From contig CAZQQT010000003.1 of the NCBI GenBank assembly GCA_964595645.1, positions 128,001-192,000 of the forward strand: a stretch of DNA of 64,000 nt, in the 5' to 3' direction. Numbering within the stretch: position 1 is the stretch's first letter; the number at the start of each line of letters is the position of its first letter. The stretch comes from an uncultured Thermococci archaeon (GTDB lineage: Archaea; Methanobacteriota_B; Thermococci; Methanofastidiosales; B48-G16). The translations under genes were made by a program, and so were the position numbers. Shown here piece by piece: positions 43,749 to 53,610 of the stretch. Under the pieces are notes generated by a model, which saw only the letters and a program-made list of their open reading frames with translations, searched no databases and was not told where the DNA came from.

Positions 43749-44918
43749 TTATTCCTCCTTTCCTAATGGACTTATCTCCCTCAATCTCTCCACGATATCG
43801 GATACAGTGGTAACAACGATATCAACTTCATTCATGGTGTTGAACCGCCCTAGCGTAAACCGTACCGAGCCATGAGCCCGTTCATGGTTCCCCCCGATGC
43901 CCATTATTACATGGCTCGCCTCAAGCGAGCGACTGAAACATGCTGAGCCGGTGCTGACCGCGACGCCTCGCATATCCATGTGAAGCGTAATAGATTCGCC
44001 TTCTACGTAATGGAACGTGATGTTCGCATTGTGCGGTACTCTCTGCTCTCTGGAACCGTTCAAGGTTACATCGGGGATCTCTGAGAGAATACGATCAATG
44101 AGATGATTCCTCATTTTCTCCAGTTTAGTGTTCTCTTTAGGTGTGACCAGCTCTACTGCTTTTGCGAACCCGATGGCGCCGGGAATATTCTCGAGTCCTC
44201 CCCGCGTATTGAACTCCTGGAATCCACCATCCATTATCTTGGTGAGAGGCGCCCCTTCACGTACGTAGAGGCCTCCAATCCCCTTGGGGCCATGAATCGT
44301 ATGTGCCGATACTGTTATCATATCTACTGGTATCTCCTGAACGTCTATAGGCACTCGTGTGAAGGTATGGGTCGCGTCCGTGTGGAACAACACGTTGTTT
44401 TCCTTGCATATCTCCGCGATCGTTTTGATATCCTGCAGCGTTCCTATTTCTTGGTTCGAGTGTTGTATAGACACGAGAATTGTCCTCTCCGTTATTGCAT
44501 CATCCAGTTGATCGAGGTCCACGAACCCGTCACTGTCAACATTGAGCTGTGTCACCTCAAACCCTTCTTTCTCTAGTGTTTTCGCACTGTGGAGCACGGG
44601 GAAATCTTCTATTTTTGAGGTAATAATATGGGTTCCCTTTCTCTCTCCGAGTTTCTTAGCGACTCCTTTAAGTGCGAGGTTGCTGGATTCTGCAGAACCC
44701 GAGGTGAAGATGATCTCGTTCGGATCGGCACCGAGTGTTGTGGCAATTGTTCCCCGTGCACTGTCAAGACTTTCCTTGGCTTCGACACCCAACGAGTATC
44801 CAAACTCGGAGGTAGGTACCGTGTATGTATTGAAAAAGTACGGTTTCATCGCCTCGAGCACTCGTTCGTCCATTCTTGTGCTGGATGCATTGTCCATGTA
44901 AATAAAGTTGTCATCCAT
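43749..44918 (-). CDS. iscS: IscS/NifS-like protein with a degenerate PLP site
   Basis: YMDNAS, FTSG..ES.N, GPKG, STGSAC retained; SAHT replaces SAHK and IEDFPV replaces EHxAV. Confidence 0.85.
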   Translation of the reverse strand: MDDNFIYMDNASSTRMDERVLEAMKPYFFNTYTVPTSEFGYSLGVEAKESLDSARGTIATTLGADPNEIIFTSGSAESSNLALKGVAKKLGERKGTHIITSKIEDFPVLHSAKTLEKEGFEVTQLNVDSDGFVDLDQLDDAITERTILVSIQHSNQEIGTLQDIKTIAEICKENNVLFHTDATHTFTRVPIDVQEIPVDMITVSAHTIHGPKGIGGLYVREGAPLTKIMDGGFQEFNTRGGLENIPGAIGFAKAVELVTPKENTKLEKMRNHLIDRILSEIPDVTLNGSREQRVPHNANITFHYVEGESITLHMDMRGVAVSTGSACFSRSLEASHVIMGIGGNHERAHGSVRFTLGRFNTMNEVDIVVTTVSDIVERLREISPLGKEE

Positions 44919-44926
44919 CGTACCAC

Positions 44927-45349
44927 CTATGAGATAAACAAGGTAATTTTAGACTCTCTCGCTTCTTTAATGTAGGTTCCTACTGCACAGTACTCGGTGA
45001 TTATGTCATCACGCAGATCGTCCTTCTCAAGCCCCATAATGTCCATGGTCATATCGCAGGCAAGTATCTTACCACCTAACTCTACGTAATCCTGTAACAT
45101 CTCCTCCAGCGATCGCACATTCGCCTTCTTCATCCTCCGATTCAGTAGCCATTTTCCAAGGCCGAGGAAGTGCATTCGAGAGAGGGGTCCTTGCTCCAGC
45201 TGCCCCTTTTTGAGCCTTTCAAGTCCCCAGAATGTGAAGTACATCGATACATCCATGCCCATGGCAAGCGCACCATTGCCGATGATGAGGGCACTGTAGA
45301 GTTTGTCCATCTCACCACTCTGTACGATCAGCGTGACCTTCTCTGTCAT
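44927..45349 (-). CDS. DsrE2/DrsH-like sulfur carrier
   Basis: SG.MDK..A.AMG..V.MYFTFWGL, AC.MTMDIMG. Confidence 0.9.
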   Translation of the reverse strand: MTEKVTLIVQSGEMDKLYSALIIGNGALAMGMDVSMYFTFWGLERLKKGQLEQGPLSRMHFLGLGKWLLNRRMKKANVRSLEEMLQDYVELGGKILACDMTMDIMGLEKDDLRDDIITEYCAVGTYIKEARESKITLFIS

Positions 45350-45350
45350 C

Positions 45351-45590
45351 TTACTCCTCCTCGGGAATCTTGATTGTGATTATCCACGTACCATTCTTCT
45401 CCTCGACGCTTACAAGCTCTAACCCAAGAGACTCCACTGCCATAGGGATCTCCTTTTTGGATGCAGGGTGATCGCCGATGATCTCGACGATATCGCCAGG
45501 ATTAGCCTTCCTCACAGCCTTCCGGGTTTCTACCAGCGGAACTGGACATGTCTCTCCTACCACTGTTATCTTTTTTTTCACAATTTTCAC
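45351..45590 (-). CDS. tusA: TusA-family sulfurtransferase
   Basis: GETCPVP, G..VE...DHP. Confidence 0.9.
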   Translation of the reverse strand: MKIVKKKITVVGETCPVPLVETRKAVRKANPGDIVEIIGDHPASKKEIPMAVESLGLELVSVEEKNGTWIITIKIPEEE

Positions 45591-45697
45591 CTATTCCTCT
45601 TCTATATTTATGTGCGTGCAATCTATATAAATTTTATTCGTCGCTAAGTTAACTGATAAAAGAATAAGTTTTATATGCGTAGAAAAGAAGCTCCACT

Positions 45698-46024
45698 ATG
45701 TCATTCAAAAATCTCAATGAGATGGATGCGACTGAGGTCGTTCCTGGGTTCCACGGGAAGTTTGTGCACTCAGATCACGTGACCTTTGCACACTGGCATA
45801 TCGAAAAAAACGCGACACTCCCTGAGCACTCTCACGAACATGAACAGATCACCAGCGTGCAGGAAGGGAAACTGAAGCTTACGATACAGGGAGAGACAAA
45901 AACGATGGGGTCCGGCGAGATCGCGGTAATTCCACCGAATGTGACACACTCAGGGAAGGCACTCGCTGCGTGCAAGGTCATCGATGTGTTCTACCCTGTA
46001 CGAGAAGAGTACATACAGGAATAA
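45698..46024 (+). CDS. cupin-domain protein
   Basis: PEHSH.HEQ, IPPNVTH, DVFYPVRE. Confidence 0.88.
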   Translation: MSFKNLNEMDATEVVPGFHGKFVHSDHVTFAHWHIEKNATLPEHSHEHEQITSVQEGKLKLTIQGETKTMGSGEIAVIPPNVTHSGKALAACKVIDVFYPVREEYIQE

Positions 46025-46061
46025 GAGAACATCGAAGATGCAATCGTGAATATCGTGTCTA

Positions 46062-47255
46062 CTATGTCGTGAGTGCGCTCTCTACTGTTTCTTTTGTAAA
46101 AAACATTACTAGTAGTACTGTTGTCACCATGAGTAACGAAAGCAAATACAATGGCGATTCATGTGAGACGTCCTGATACAAGATCCCTAGTAACATTAAT
46201 CCCAAGATACGTCCCGATCCCATAATGACCTGGAGACTTCCAAGAATTTTTCCTCGCAGCTCTGGCAACGTAACATCTGCAGTAAGTGCTTGTATCGCTG
46301 GGTTGTTCATCGCGATTCCAGCGCCGATAAATGCACCGGTAAGGTATACTTGGAGGTGTGTGTGAGCCCACGTGTAGATGTAGACGCCCACAGCAATAAT
46401 TATCCCGCCTGTGATGATCAGCGGCTTCCGCCCCACTCGATCTGAGACTCTCCCGAAGAGATACGTGAACGAAATAATGGTAATTCCCTGTGCGAGAGAA
46501 ATTATCCCAAGCTGAAAACTGGAAAATCCAAGCTTGTCGGAAAAATAAAGAACAATAATGAGAGAAAAAACTCCTTGCATCATCCCTATGGCAAATGCAC
46601 GGAAAGAGATTACCTTTAAAGTGTCATTTTGAGCGATATTCTCTTTCAAAGCAGAAAAAACACCCTTGTACTGTCTTCCACTCGTCGTCTTCTTCGCCTC
46701 GTGAAGGGGGAAAATGACCACTGCAGCTACCACGGCGATGAGCGCAGTGAAATAAAATGGTGTTTCCAATGTGTACATATCTGCAAGAAAGCCTCCAACC
46801 GATGGACCGACAAAGGCACCGATCATCTGCACAGTTGACACGAAGCCGAGAATCTCACCTCGTCTCCTTTCATGGGCAAGATCCATGGTGAGTGCGAGGA
46901 CTGCTGGAGTAATAATCGCTGACCCAACTCCTTCAAGCACGCGCAACACCCCGAACTGGAAAGGTGTCGCTATCACAGCCATGAGTGCAGTAGAAAAACC
47001 GAAAAGAAGGAGACCACCAGAAACAAGTTTCGCTCGAGGATACTTATCAGCTAAAATACCAGTATAAAAGACTGCAATCACGTATGACACATTGTATAGG
47101 GAGTAGACACTGCCTAAAATTTTCGCGTCCATGCCTAGTAACTCAGCATAGAGTGGCATCACGGTGGAAAGAAATGAAAAACCAAGACTGCTGATAAATA
47201 ATCCTACTGCGAGAATGAGGATAGTTCGTGAGATTCCCTTTCCATGATTACTCAT
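46062..47255 (-). CDS. MFS transporter
   Basis: 12-TM pattern, GRVSDRVGRK motif A, RVLEGVG. Confidence 0.92.
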   Translation of the reverse strand: MSNHGKGISRTILILAVGLFISSLGFSFLSTVMPLYAELLGMDAKILGSVYSLYNVSYVIAVFYTGILADKYPRAKLVSGGLLLFGFSTALMAVIATPFQFGVLRVLEGVGSAIITPAVLALTMDLAHERRRGEILGFVSTVQMIGAFVGPSVGGFLADMYTLETPFYFTALIAVVAAVVIFPLHEAKKTTSGRQYKGVFSALKENIAQNDTLKVISFRAFAIGMMQGVFSLIIVLYFSDKLGFSSFQLGIISLAQGITIISFTYLFGRVSDRVGRKPLIITGGIIIAVGVYIYTWAHTHLQVYLTGAFIGAGIAMNNPAIQALTADVTLPELRGKILGSLQVIMGSGRILGLMLLGILYQDVSHESPLYLLSLLMVTTVLLVMFFTKETVESALTT

Positions 47256-47330
47256 GCACTGTGTACACATTGCACCTTAAATATATACGCCCTTATGCTA
47301 TGAAAGATGTAAAAGGTAACGTGAGGGAAA

Positions 47331-48383
47331 TTAACAATAATGTTCTGTGAGCAGATACACGGCAAAAGATGTTAGCCAGTGAGATCCTCCATAATCTTCC
47401 GAAAAAGTCTGTGTCAATCCTTCTCTCTCATGATTTTTTGCGCTTGTCATGAAGAGATCTTTGTACCTATGGCTTTCGGGGAGATCGGAGGCTATCCCCT
47501 TGAAACACCATGCCCTTGAGAGGTTTAATCCCACAAGATGAAATTTCATGAGTTCATTGAGTTCTACATTCAATGGATCGAGAATAGAATTAAATGGCGA
47601 TCGACGGAGATCGGGGAGGAAGTTTTCCAGCCATTCCACGTATTGGTTTAGACGCAGGACCCGACGCATTAAATCTGCCTCAACGAGGGAGGGAGAAAGA
47701 AAATCCCACCCAAAGGGTTCATACGCCACAGGAGCATGGGTATCTGCAAGGAAGTACTCTTTTGATCTTTCTATTAGTCGACTCTCTAACTTCTTGTGGG
47801 ACCCTAACCGAGCATACTCAAGAAAATGGAGAAGAGCAAAGGCAGTGTTTCCATGGGTGCCAACTCTCATTGGTTTTTTCTCCTTTAAAAAGCGCTCCTG
47901 AACTAACTGACGTAATAGTTCCTCCAAAGGATGCAATGCGTCCCTCCACAGCACTGCACGTTTATGATTCCAAAGATGGAGTTCCGATACCAGCCGTAGG
48001 AACCATGCCCACCCATACGGCTTTTCAAAGTTTTTGTGCTGTTCAAAGTACGTGACTTCCTTTCTTATTTTCTCGTGATTAAAATGCTCATCTAATCGGT
48101 TTGTAATCTTCTCTCTTAAGGGATGATCCTCATAGACCCGTAGCTGCCGAACTAAGCTCCAATAACTATGAACGGCAGAATGCCAGTCGTAACATCCGTA
48201 AAATACTGGGTGTTCTTCTTTAGGCCTTGTAATTTCATTCATTGAAGAAATTGATGCGATGTAATGCGGAAATTCCTTCTGTATACATTGTAGAGGAGGT
48301 TCTGATAGCTTCCGCAACATCTCCTGAGTCAATGTAGATTCATTTTCATAAATGGTTTCATCGATATTTTCGATAGGAATCAC
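47331..48383 (-). CDS. DUF2891-family protein
   Basis: HPVFYGCYDWHSAVH, FEKPYGWAW, HLVGLNLSRAW, YGGSHWL. Confidence 0.85.
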   Translation of the reverse strand: MIPIENIDETIYENESTLTQEMLRKLSEPPLQCIQKEFPHYIASISSMNEITRPKEEHPVFYGCYDWHSAVHSYWSLVRQLRVYEDHPLREKITNRLDEHFNHEKIRKEVTYFEQHKNFEKPYGWAWFLRLVSELHLWNHKRAVLWRDALHPLEELLRQLVQERFLKEKKPMRVGTHGNTAFALLHFLEYARLGSHKKLESRLIERSKEYFLADTHAPVAYEPFGWDFLSPSLVEADLMRRVLRLNQYVEWLENFLPDLRRSPFNSILDPLNVELNELMKFHLVGLNLSRAWCFKGIASDLPESHRYKDLFMTSAKNHEREGLTQTFSEDYGGSHWLTSFAVYLLTEHYC

Positions 48384-48761
48384 CTGACGTAGTTATTTGA
48401 TACGCAATATTTATGGACTATTTGGTTATTGATATATTTAAAGGTTGTCTAAAAATTGAGGAAATCGTCAAACGAGCAATCTTGGATTCCTAGTGCTGTT
48501 TTTCTCTATTTCTCAATATTCAACACCCTATCTCCTCTCAATAGATACATGCAAAGAGGAAATTCTAGATTACAGATATAAAAACACTTAGAAGAATAGA
48601 AATTAGTTTTTCTATAATATCATTTTCTATTATTCTTTTTAACAAAGATGTATCAGCAATTTGCTCTAAATATTCTATTCCTGGTTTACCTTTGTTTTCA
48701 ACTATATCAAAAAGATCAGCTACCGTATTTGCTGATATATTTCATAACTAAAAGTATAAGA

Positions 48762-48845
48762 CGCCGGGGAAGGGATTTGAACCCCCGTGTTCGAATGAAC
48801 AGTAGATCTCGAGTCTACCGCCTTTCCTGGCTCGGCTACCCCGGC
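48762..48845 (-). tRNA. tRNA-Ser(CGA)
   Basis: GCCGGGG acceptor stem, GTAGA-CTCGAGA-TCTAC anticodon arm, long variable arm, GGTTCAAATCC; no intron, no encoded CCA. Confidence 0.96.
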
Positions 48846-48899
48846 CTATAGAGATGTAAGAAGGCAAGATATATAAAAGTGTTACCGAAAGAAGAAGGT

Positions 48900-49448
48900 A
48901 TGAATTCACATGTATTTCGTCCAGAGAAAGAACTAAAAAAATACTACAGACTCATTGCAGGAATTGTGTATGGAATTCTCTTTATTCCCGCAATCATCAT
49001 TCTGCCGTTTTCTATTTTGGGTGCGGTGATCTACGCTGTGCCAATTGTGATCCTTTTGTGGTTCACCCTGTACTGGATCTCCCGATTTTACGATACATTG
49101 GAGTATCGTGTCACTGATGAACATGTAACGGTAAAGAAAGGTGTCTGGTGGGAGAAAGAGACCACGGTACCTATGGAGATGATTACCAACGTCGACAAGA
49201 CACAGAATCCTTTTGAGCGGTGGTATGGGATTGGAAAAGTCCATGTACAGACTGCAGGGGCCGGCGGCACCCAAGCAACGCGTGCAGAGGCTGTATTCCT
49301 CGGCGTAAAGAGCATGGACGAGATTAAAGAAGAGGTCGCCCTGCGAGCAAAAGGTGTAAAGAGCCCCACAGAACTGAAAAGTGAAGAATCACTGTTAAAT
49401 GAGATTCGTGAAGAACTTGTAGAAATAAAAGAAATACTAAAAAAATAA
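48900..49448 (+). CDS. bPH_2/YdbS-like membrane protein
   Basis: Two TMs, then Y.V....V..KGV, QNP.ER.YGIG.V.VQTAG. Confidence 0.85.
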   Translation: MNSHVFRPEKELKKYYRLIAGIVYGILFIPAIIILPFSILGAVIYAVPIVILLWFTLYWISRFYDTLEYRVTDEHVTVKKGVWWEKETTVPMEMITNVDKTQNPFERWYGIGKVHVQTAGAGGTQATRAEAVFLGVKSMDEIKEEVALRAKGVKSPTELKSEESLLNEIREELVEIKEILKK

Positions 49449-49459
49449 AGAAAGGAAAA

Positions 49460-50830
49460 TTACCACTCTGTTCGCAGTGTGTAGGTAAGTATTGCTTCGT
49501 CATCTGCTGGGACATCCACGTGCCATACGAGTGTTTGCGCGTCCTCTTTTTTCCAGTTATGAGAAGATGACACTACTTCCCAGTCGCCCCACGCGTGTTC
49601 GAGGACCGTGATGGTTACGTCTTCATCTTTGTGGTTCCGTAGTGAGACCTCGTAGCTCACTTCGAGGACATCGTCACCGATTCTGTTGTATTTTGTCTGT
49701 TTCTTCTCTCCAACAAGATCAAAAGCGTCTCCGAGATATATTCGTATTTTCTCATCCTTCGGAGTATGGTCGATGCTATCTTCACCAATGAACTGCATTT
49801 GTCCTTCCGAATCTTTTTTGTAGACACGTACCGTTCCTTTTGGAAGTGGCATACCCATGTTATTCTTTTCAGTGTTCTCTAGGCTCAACATCGTCTTTAT
49901 ATCGGTGGTACTCGTCCCGCTGTAGAAGTAGCCTGTGTCAAAAACATACTCCTTGTCCACCGATACATTATCTGTCTCGAACAGTGTCAGCTGTTTCTGC
50001 TGGTTATTTAGAATGTCTGTGGTGCGATCGAGGGTGTACATGTGGTATTCAAAGAGTTCCTCCTCTACAAACTGAGGACCGGCCTCTTGAGCTTTTTCTA
50101 CCTCGTATACTGGCACTGGCGGTTGTTCCTCTACTCTGTGGACCTCACCAGCCACGAGTTTGAGCTTCGCATTCTTGTATGTGGCACCACTTGTATTGTC
50201 GATAGTTACCCAGCTCGAGAGATCAACGTTGGTATCCTCATAGTTGACTACTGCAACGTAGTCTGCCTTCCAGTTCAAACCAGACGTCATGTACGAGAGC
50301 TGCATGGTATGAGTACCGCCTTTCTCCGTGTCAAGAAGCCATTTCAGTGTCGGTTTTGTGATAAGCCCTTCAGGAAGCGTAGGGAGTGATACTTCCTCCG
50401 GTTTGAGAATGTGAATACCTTTCTCATTCTGTAGTATTAGCTCACTGCCCGAGTAACTCAGTAGTGTACCCTTCGTTGTTTTTCCATTTTTGTCCACAAG
50501 TGTGATCTCCTTGCCGATGTACTTTTCGTAGATCTTCTCCTTGCTGACAATATCGTAGAGATAGTTCTGCTCTAGCACAGATGTGTCAGCAGTCATATCT
50601 TTGATACTCACCGACGTGGGATCGATCTGCTCTGCCACATCCTGGATCATGACTGTGGTTGTTCCACGCTGAAGATCTATCTCTCTGGTCTCTTTCACCA
50701 CACCAAAGTTTTGGTTGTATACGGTGACCTCTGTCTGTTGCGCCACATCCTCTCCTGTGACGCATGCGGACACTGCGAGTATTCCGATAAGTCCTGCCAG
50801 CAACAATATTTTATGGTTCATATTAATCAC
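49460..50830 (-). CDS. DUF4139-family lipoprotein
   Basis: Lipobox AVSAC; VTVYN..GVVKE.R, LEQNY.YD, SY.T.GL.W.ADY, G.PLPKG.VRVY. Confidence 0.85.
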   Translation of the reverse strand: MINMNHKILLLAGLIGILAVSACVTGEDVAQQTEVTVYNQNFGVVKETREIDLQRGTTTVMIQDVAEQIDPTSVSIKDMTADTSVLEQNYLYDIVSKEKIYEKYIGKEITLVDKNGKTTKGTLLSYSGSELILQNEKGIHILKPEEVSLPTLPEGLITKPTLKWLLDTEKGGTHTMQLSYMTSGLNWKADYVAVVNYEDTNVDLSSWVTIDNTSGATYKNAKLKLVAGEVHRVEEQPPVPVYEVEKAQEAGPQFVEEELFEYHMYTLDRTTDILNNQQKQLTLFETDNVSVDKEYVFDTGYFYSGTSTTDIKTMLSLENTEKNNMGMPLPKGTVRVYKKDSEGQMQFIGEDSIDHTPKDEKIRIYLGDAFDLVGEKKQTKYNRIGDDVLEVSYEVSLRNHKDEDVTITVLEHAWGDWEVVSSSHNWKKEDAQTLVWHVDVPADDEAILTYTLRTEW

Positions 50831-50892
50831 CGCTTTCCTCTGAAGATTTGTGGATATTTAAAGTTTTGCTTATACTTCAATAATTATTGAAC

Positions 50893-52098
50893 TTATAAAA
50901 GATAGTATAAAATTACCGGGAAGAGAATGACACCCATACAATGTGACTTTTTCACGCCGAAGAGATGGGGAAGCACGCCGATGCAAAGGGCAGTGACGAG
51001 AACGATCAGTCCTGCGAGTCCGGTAAGTGCCACAACAGCCACGGTAAGAAACGCGACAATGACAACGGAAAGTTGTGTATAAGGTAATTTCTGAACAAGA
51101 TAGACCATTCCCCTTCCCATCTGCAACGTAAGTACCACGGCAATGCCTGAGCTAAATAGTACGACGGCGAGAAAGAGGAGGAGTTCGTTTTTACCGAGAT
51201 CTATAATGTGTTGAATCGCGATCACAGCACCGGATCGTGGTTTCTGTATGGTGTAGAGCGCAAGAAGAGAAAAAAGCGCGTTGCTTGTATTCACACCGGA
51301 ACAGGCAATAATGAATCCTCTGCTCCCATAGAGTTTCTTTTTTACCTTGCCCATTTGTACCAGTACCGTGGCCTGTGCATTGCCGAGTCCTGGAAAAAAT
51401 GCCACAAACATCCCTGCTAACGATCCTTTGCATATATTTTTGAGTATCTCCTTTTTGGGAATGAGAAGACGGAAGTCTATTGGCTGAATAGGGATACTGC
51501 TGTCATTTTTCACGCTGAACAAGAGGAGACTAAGACCGAAAAGTCCCGTAAACACAGGAAATAACTTTTGATCTTCAGGAAGAAAATGGCCATTGAGCAC
51601 GAGATATCCAAGTATCCCTGAAAGAAGATATACCAACAGTGCGTAGAGTCTTTTAATTCCATCTTCCGTGAAAATGAGTACGCCGCTAATGCCAACCAAA
51701 AAATATCCCATATATGGGGATATTGTCTTGTAAAGAACTGGCATGAGTAGATACACAGGATAGAGTATCAAGAAAGCAACGAGCATCGAGCCCATGCTCC
51801 CCAACGCTGTGAGTTTTATCGCTTCTAGTCCTCGTCCCTCAAGAAGCATTCTATGGGCAGGCAACACACTGAGGGCTGTCGTCTCGTCAGGTACCCCCAG
51901 AAGAGTAGAGGGAATGAAATTAAGGAAAGTGTGAGTCATCATTAAGGCAACGATCATCACGCAAGTCACAAGAGAAGGATTAAGAAGATAAAAAAAGGGA
52001 ATAAGTGTGTTCACATGAATTCCCGGAATTAATCCAGTAATCGTTCCTAACCCTATGCCCATAAGGGCATAGAGAATATACTCTCCACCACCTACCAT
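50893..52098 (-). CDS. TctA-like permease (archaeal COG1784)
   Basis: TGLIPGIHVNT, FIPSTLLGVPD..ALSVLPAH, PRSG. Confidence 0.85.
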   Translation of the reverse strand: MVGGGEYILYALMGIGLGTITGLIPGIHVNTLIPFFYLLNPSLVTCVMIVALMMTHTFLNFIPSTLLGVPDETTALSVLPAHRMLLEGRGLEAIKLTALGSMGSMLVAFLILYPVYLLMPVLYKTISPYMGYFLVGISGVLIFTEDGIKRLYALLVYLLSGILGYLVLNGHFLPEDQKLFPVFTGLFGLSLLLFSVKNDSSIPIQPIDFRLLIPKKEILKNICKGSLAGMFVAFFPGLGNAQATVLVQMGKVKKKLYGSRGFIIACSGVNTSNALFSLLALYTIQKPRSGAVIAIQHIIDLGKNELLLFLAVVLFSSGIAVVLTLQMGRGMVYLVQKLPYTQLSVVIVAFLTVAVVALTGLAGLIVLVTALCIGVLPHLFGVKKSHCMGVILFPVILYYLL

Positions 52099-52146
52099 TC
52101 CTCCTATATACGTTTCCTTGTTTATAAATATTACGTTTTGTGTTGC

Positions 52147-52959
52147 TCAGACATCATCAGTATCGATCTCATTCAGTGAATGGAGCACTCGTCCTTCCAT
52201 TCCTCCGCTGACTGTGATGATCTCACCTGAAATATGGCCTGCAAGCGTATCTGACGAAAGGAAAAGAATCGTTCTCGCAATATCCTCGGGACGAGCAACT
52301 TTTTTGAGTGCGACAGTTTGAAGTGCTTTTTTCACCAGTGTTTCATTTTGCATGGAGTTCTCTGTCATCCCCGTGATAGTCCATCCGGGACAGACTGCAT
52401 TCACCCTTCCAGACGAAACAATATGTACAATTTCATTTTTGAGTGAGCGTGTAAGCCCATGGGTAATCCCTGCCTTTGCTGTTGCGTAATCACTATGACC
52501 CGCTTCTCCAAATATTGCTGCTGTAGAACCAACTACAATAAGTGATGCTGTTTCCGGCCGGGTACGTGCCAACATTCGGAAAAATTCTCTGCTACAGAGA
52601 AATACAGATGTTGCATCCGTTGTGATTGTGCGGTTCCAATGGTCCAGAGACATCTCGTGAATGGGAATGTCCTCTTCTGGCCAGATACCCGCATTAGCAA
52701 TGAGAATATCGATGCCTCCGAACGCCTCATAGGCTTTTTCAAACATCTGCTGTACGTCGTCTTCATTCGTCACGTCCGCCTGCACACCGAGTGTCTCAAC
52801 AGGAAGTTCCTCTTGAAGCTCTCTTATCTTCATCATACTACTTCTCCCTTGAAGCACAAGTTTTGCACCCTCCTGTGCAAACTCTCTGGCAGTTGCAGCT
52901 CCGATACCACCTGATGCACCCGTAATAAGAACAACTTTATCTGCAAGACCTGTTTCCAT
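52147..52959 (-). CDS. SDR-family oxidoreductase
   Basis: TGASGGIG, ANAG, YATAK, VNAVCPG. Confidence 0.93.
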   Translation of the reverse strand: METGLADKVVLITGASGGIGAATAREFAQEGAKLVLQGRSSMMKIRELQEELPVETLGVQADVTNEDDVQQMFEKAYEAFGGIDILIANAGIWPEEDIPIHEMSLDHWNRTITTDATSVFLCSREFFRMLARTRPETASLIVVGSTAAIFGEAGHSDYATAKAGITHGLTRSLKNEIVHIVSSGRVNAVCPGWTITGMTENSMQNETLVKKALQTVALKKVARPEDIARTILFLSSDTLAGHISGEIITVSGGMEGRVLHSLNEIDTDDV

Positions 52960-53205
52960 ATCTATCTCCTCTCGTGTATACCGGGAGTACCTTCTTTTTT
53001 AAAGTTTGCATTATTAATCAATACGAATAGTCTTTTTCATTGATAAGATTTATAGGAAAAAAATTCTTAAAAATAGACATTATAAGGAAAAAGTTTAAAT
53101 AGTAGTAACTATAACAAAGATTGTACGGCCGTATGAGAGGAGATCTATGCCCCTCCTTTATCTCCTCTCTTCCTTTTTTATACAAGTTAGAAAAGAAAAG
53201 AGAGA

Positions 53206-53574
53206 TTATTCAACAATTTCCATATGAGGTTCATCTTTTTTCGGAATCATGCAGAGGAATACCGCGTCCTCATCGCCTTCGTTTTCGTACCAGTGAGGTG
53301 TGTTTTCAGGGATATATACCACATCACCAGCTTCTACCACAGTAACTTCATCGCCCACATACAGTTTCAGTTTTCCCTTCAGGACGTACTGTTCATGCTC
53401 ATAGTTGTTATGGTAGTGTTTTGGCATGGAGCCCCCGGGGTGCATGGTGAATCTTCGCATATAAAAGTTCTTTCCTGCATTCTTTCCTATCATCCACTGA
53501 ATTTCTGTTTTCTCTGCGATCTCTACATCTTCCCTTTTTATCTCATCAGCCTTTTTCACGTACATACGGATCAC
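53206..53574 (-). CDS. cupin-domain protein
   Basis: F.MRRF..PGG.MPKH.H..EHEQYVL.G, PHWY.N. Confidence 0.88.
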   Translation of the reverse strand: MIRMYVKKADEIKREDVEIAEKTEIQWMIGKNAGKNFYMRRFTMHPGGSMPKHYHNNYEHEQYVLKGKLKLYVGDEVTVVEAGDVVYIPENTPHWYENEGDEDAVFLCMIPKKDEPHMEIVE

Positions 53575-53610
53575 CTACATCGTATTCATAGGCGCGTGTA
53601 ATAAATGTTT

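Noticed and set aside
48384-48845. Integrated element (att site) at tRNA-Ser
   Set aside because: No integrase and no duplicated tRNA 3' end found by eye.
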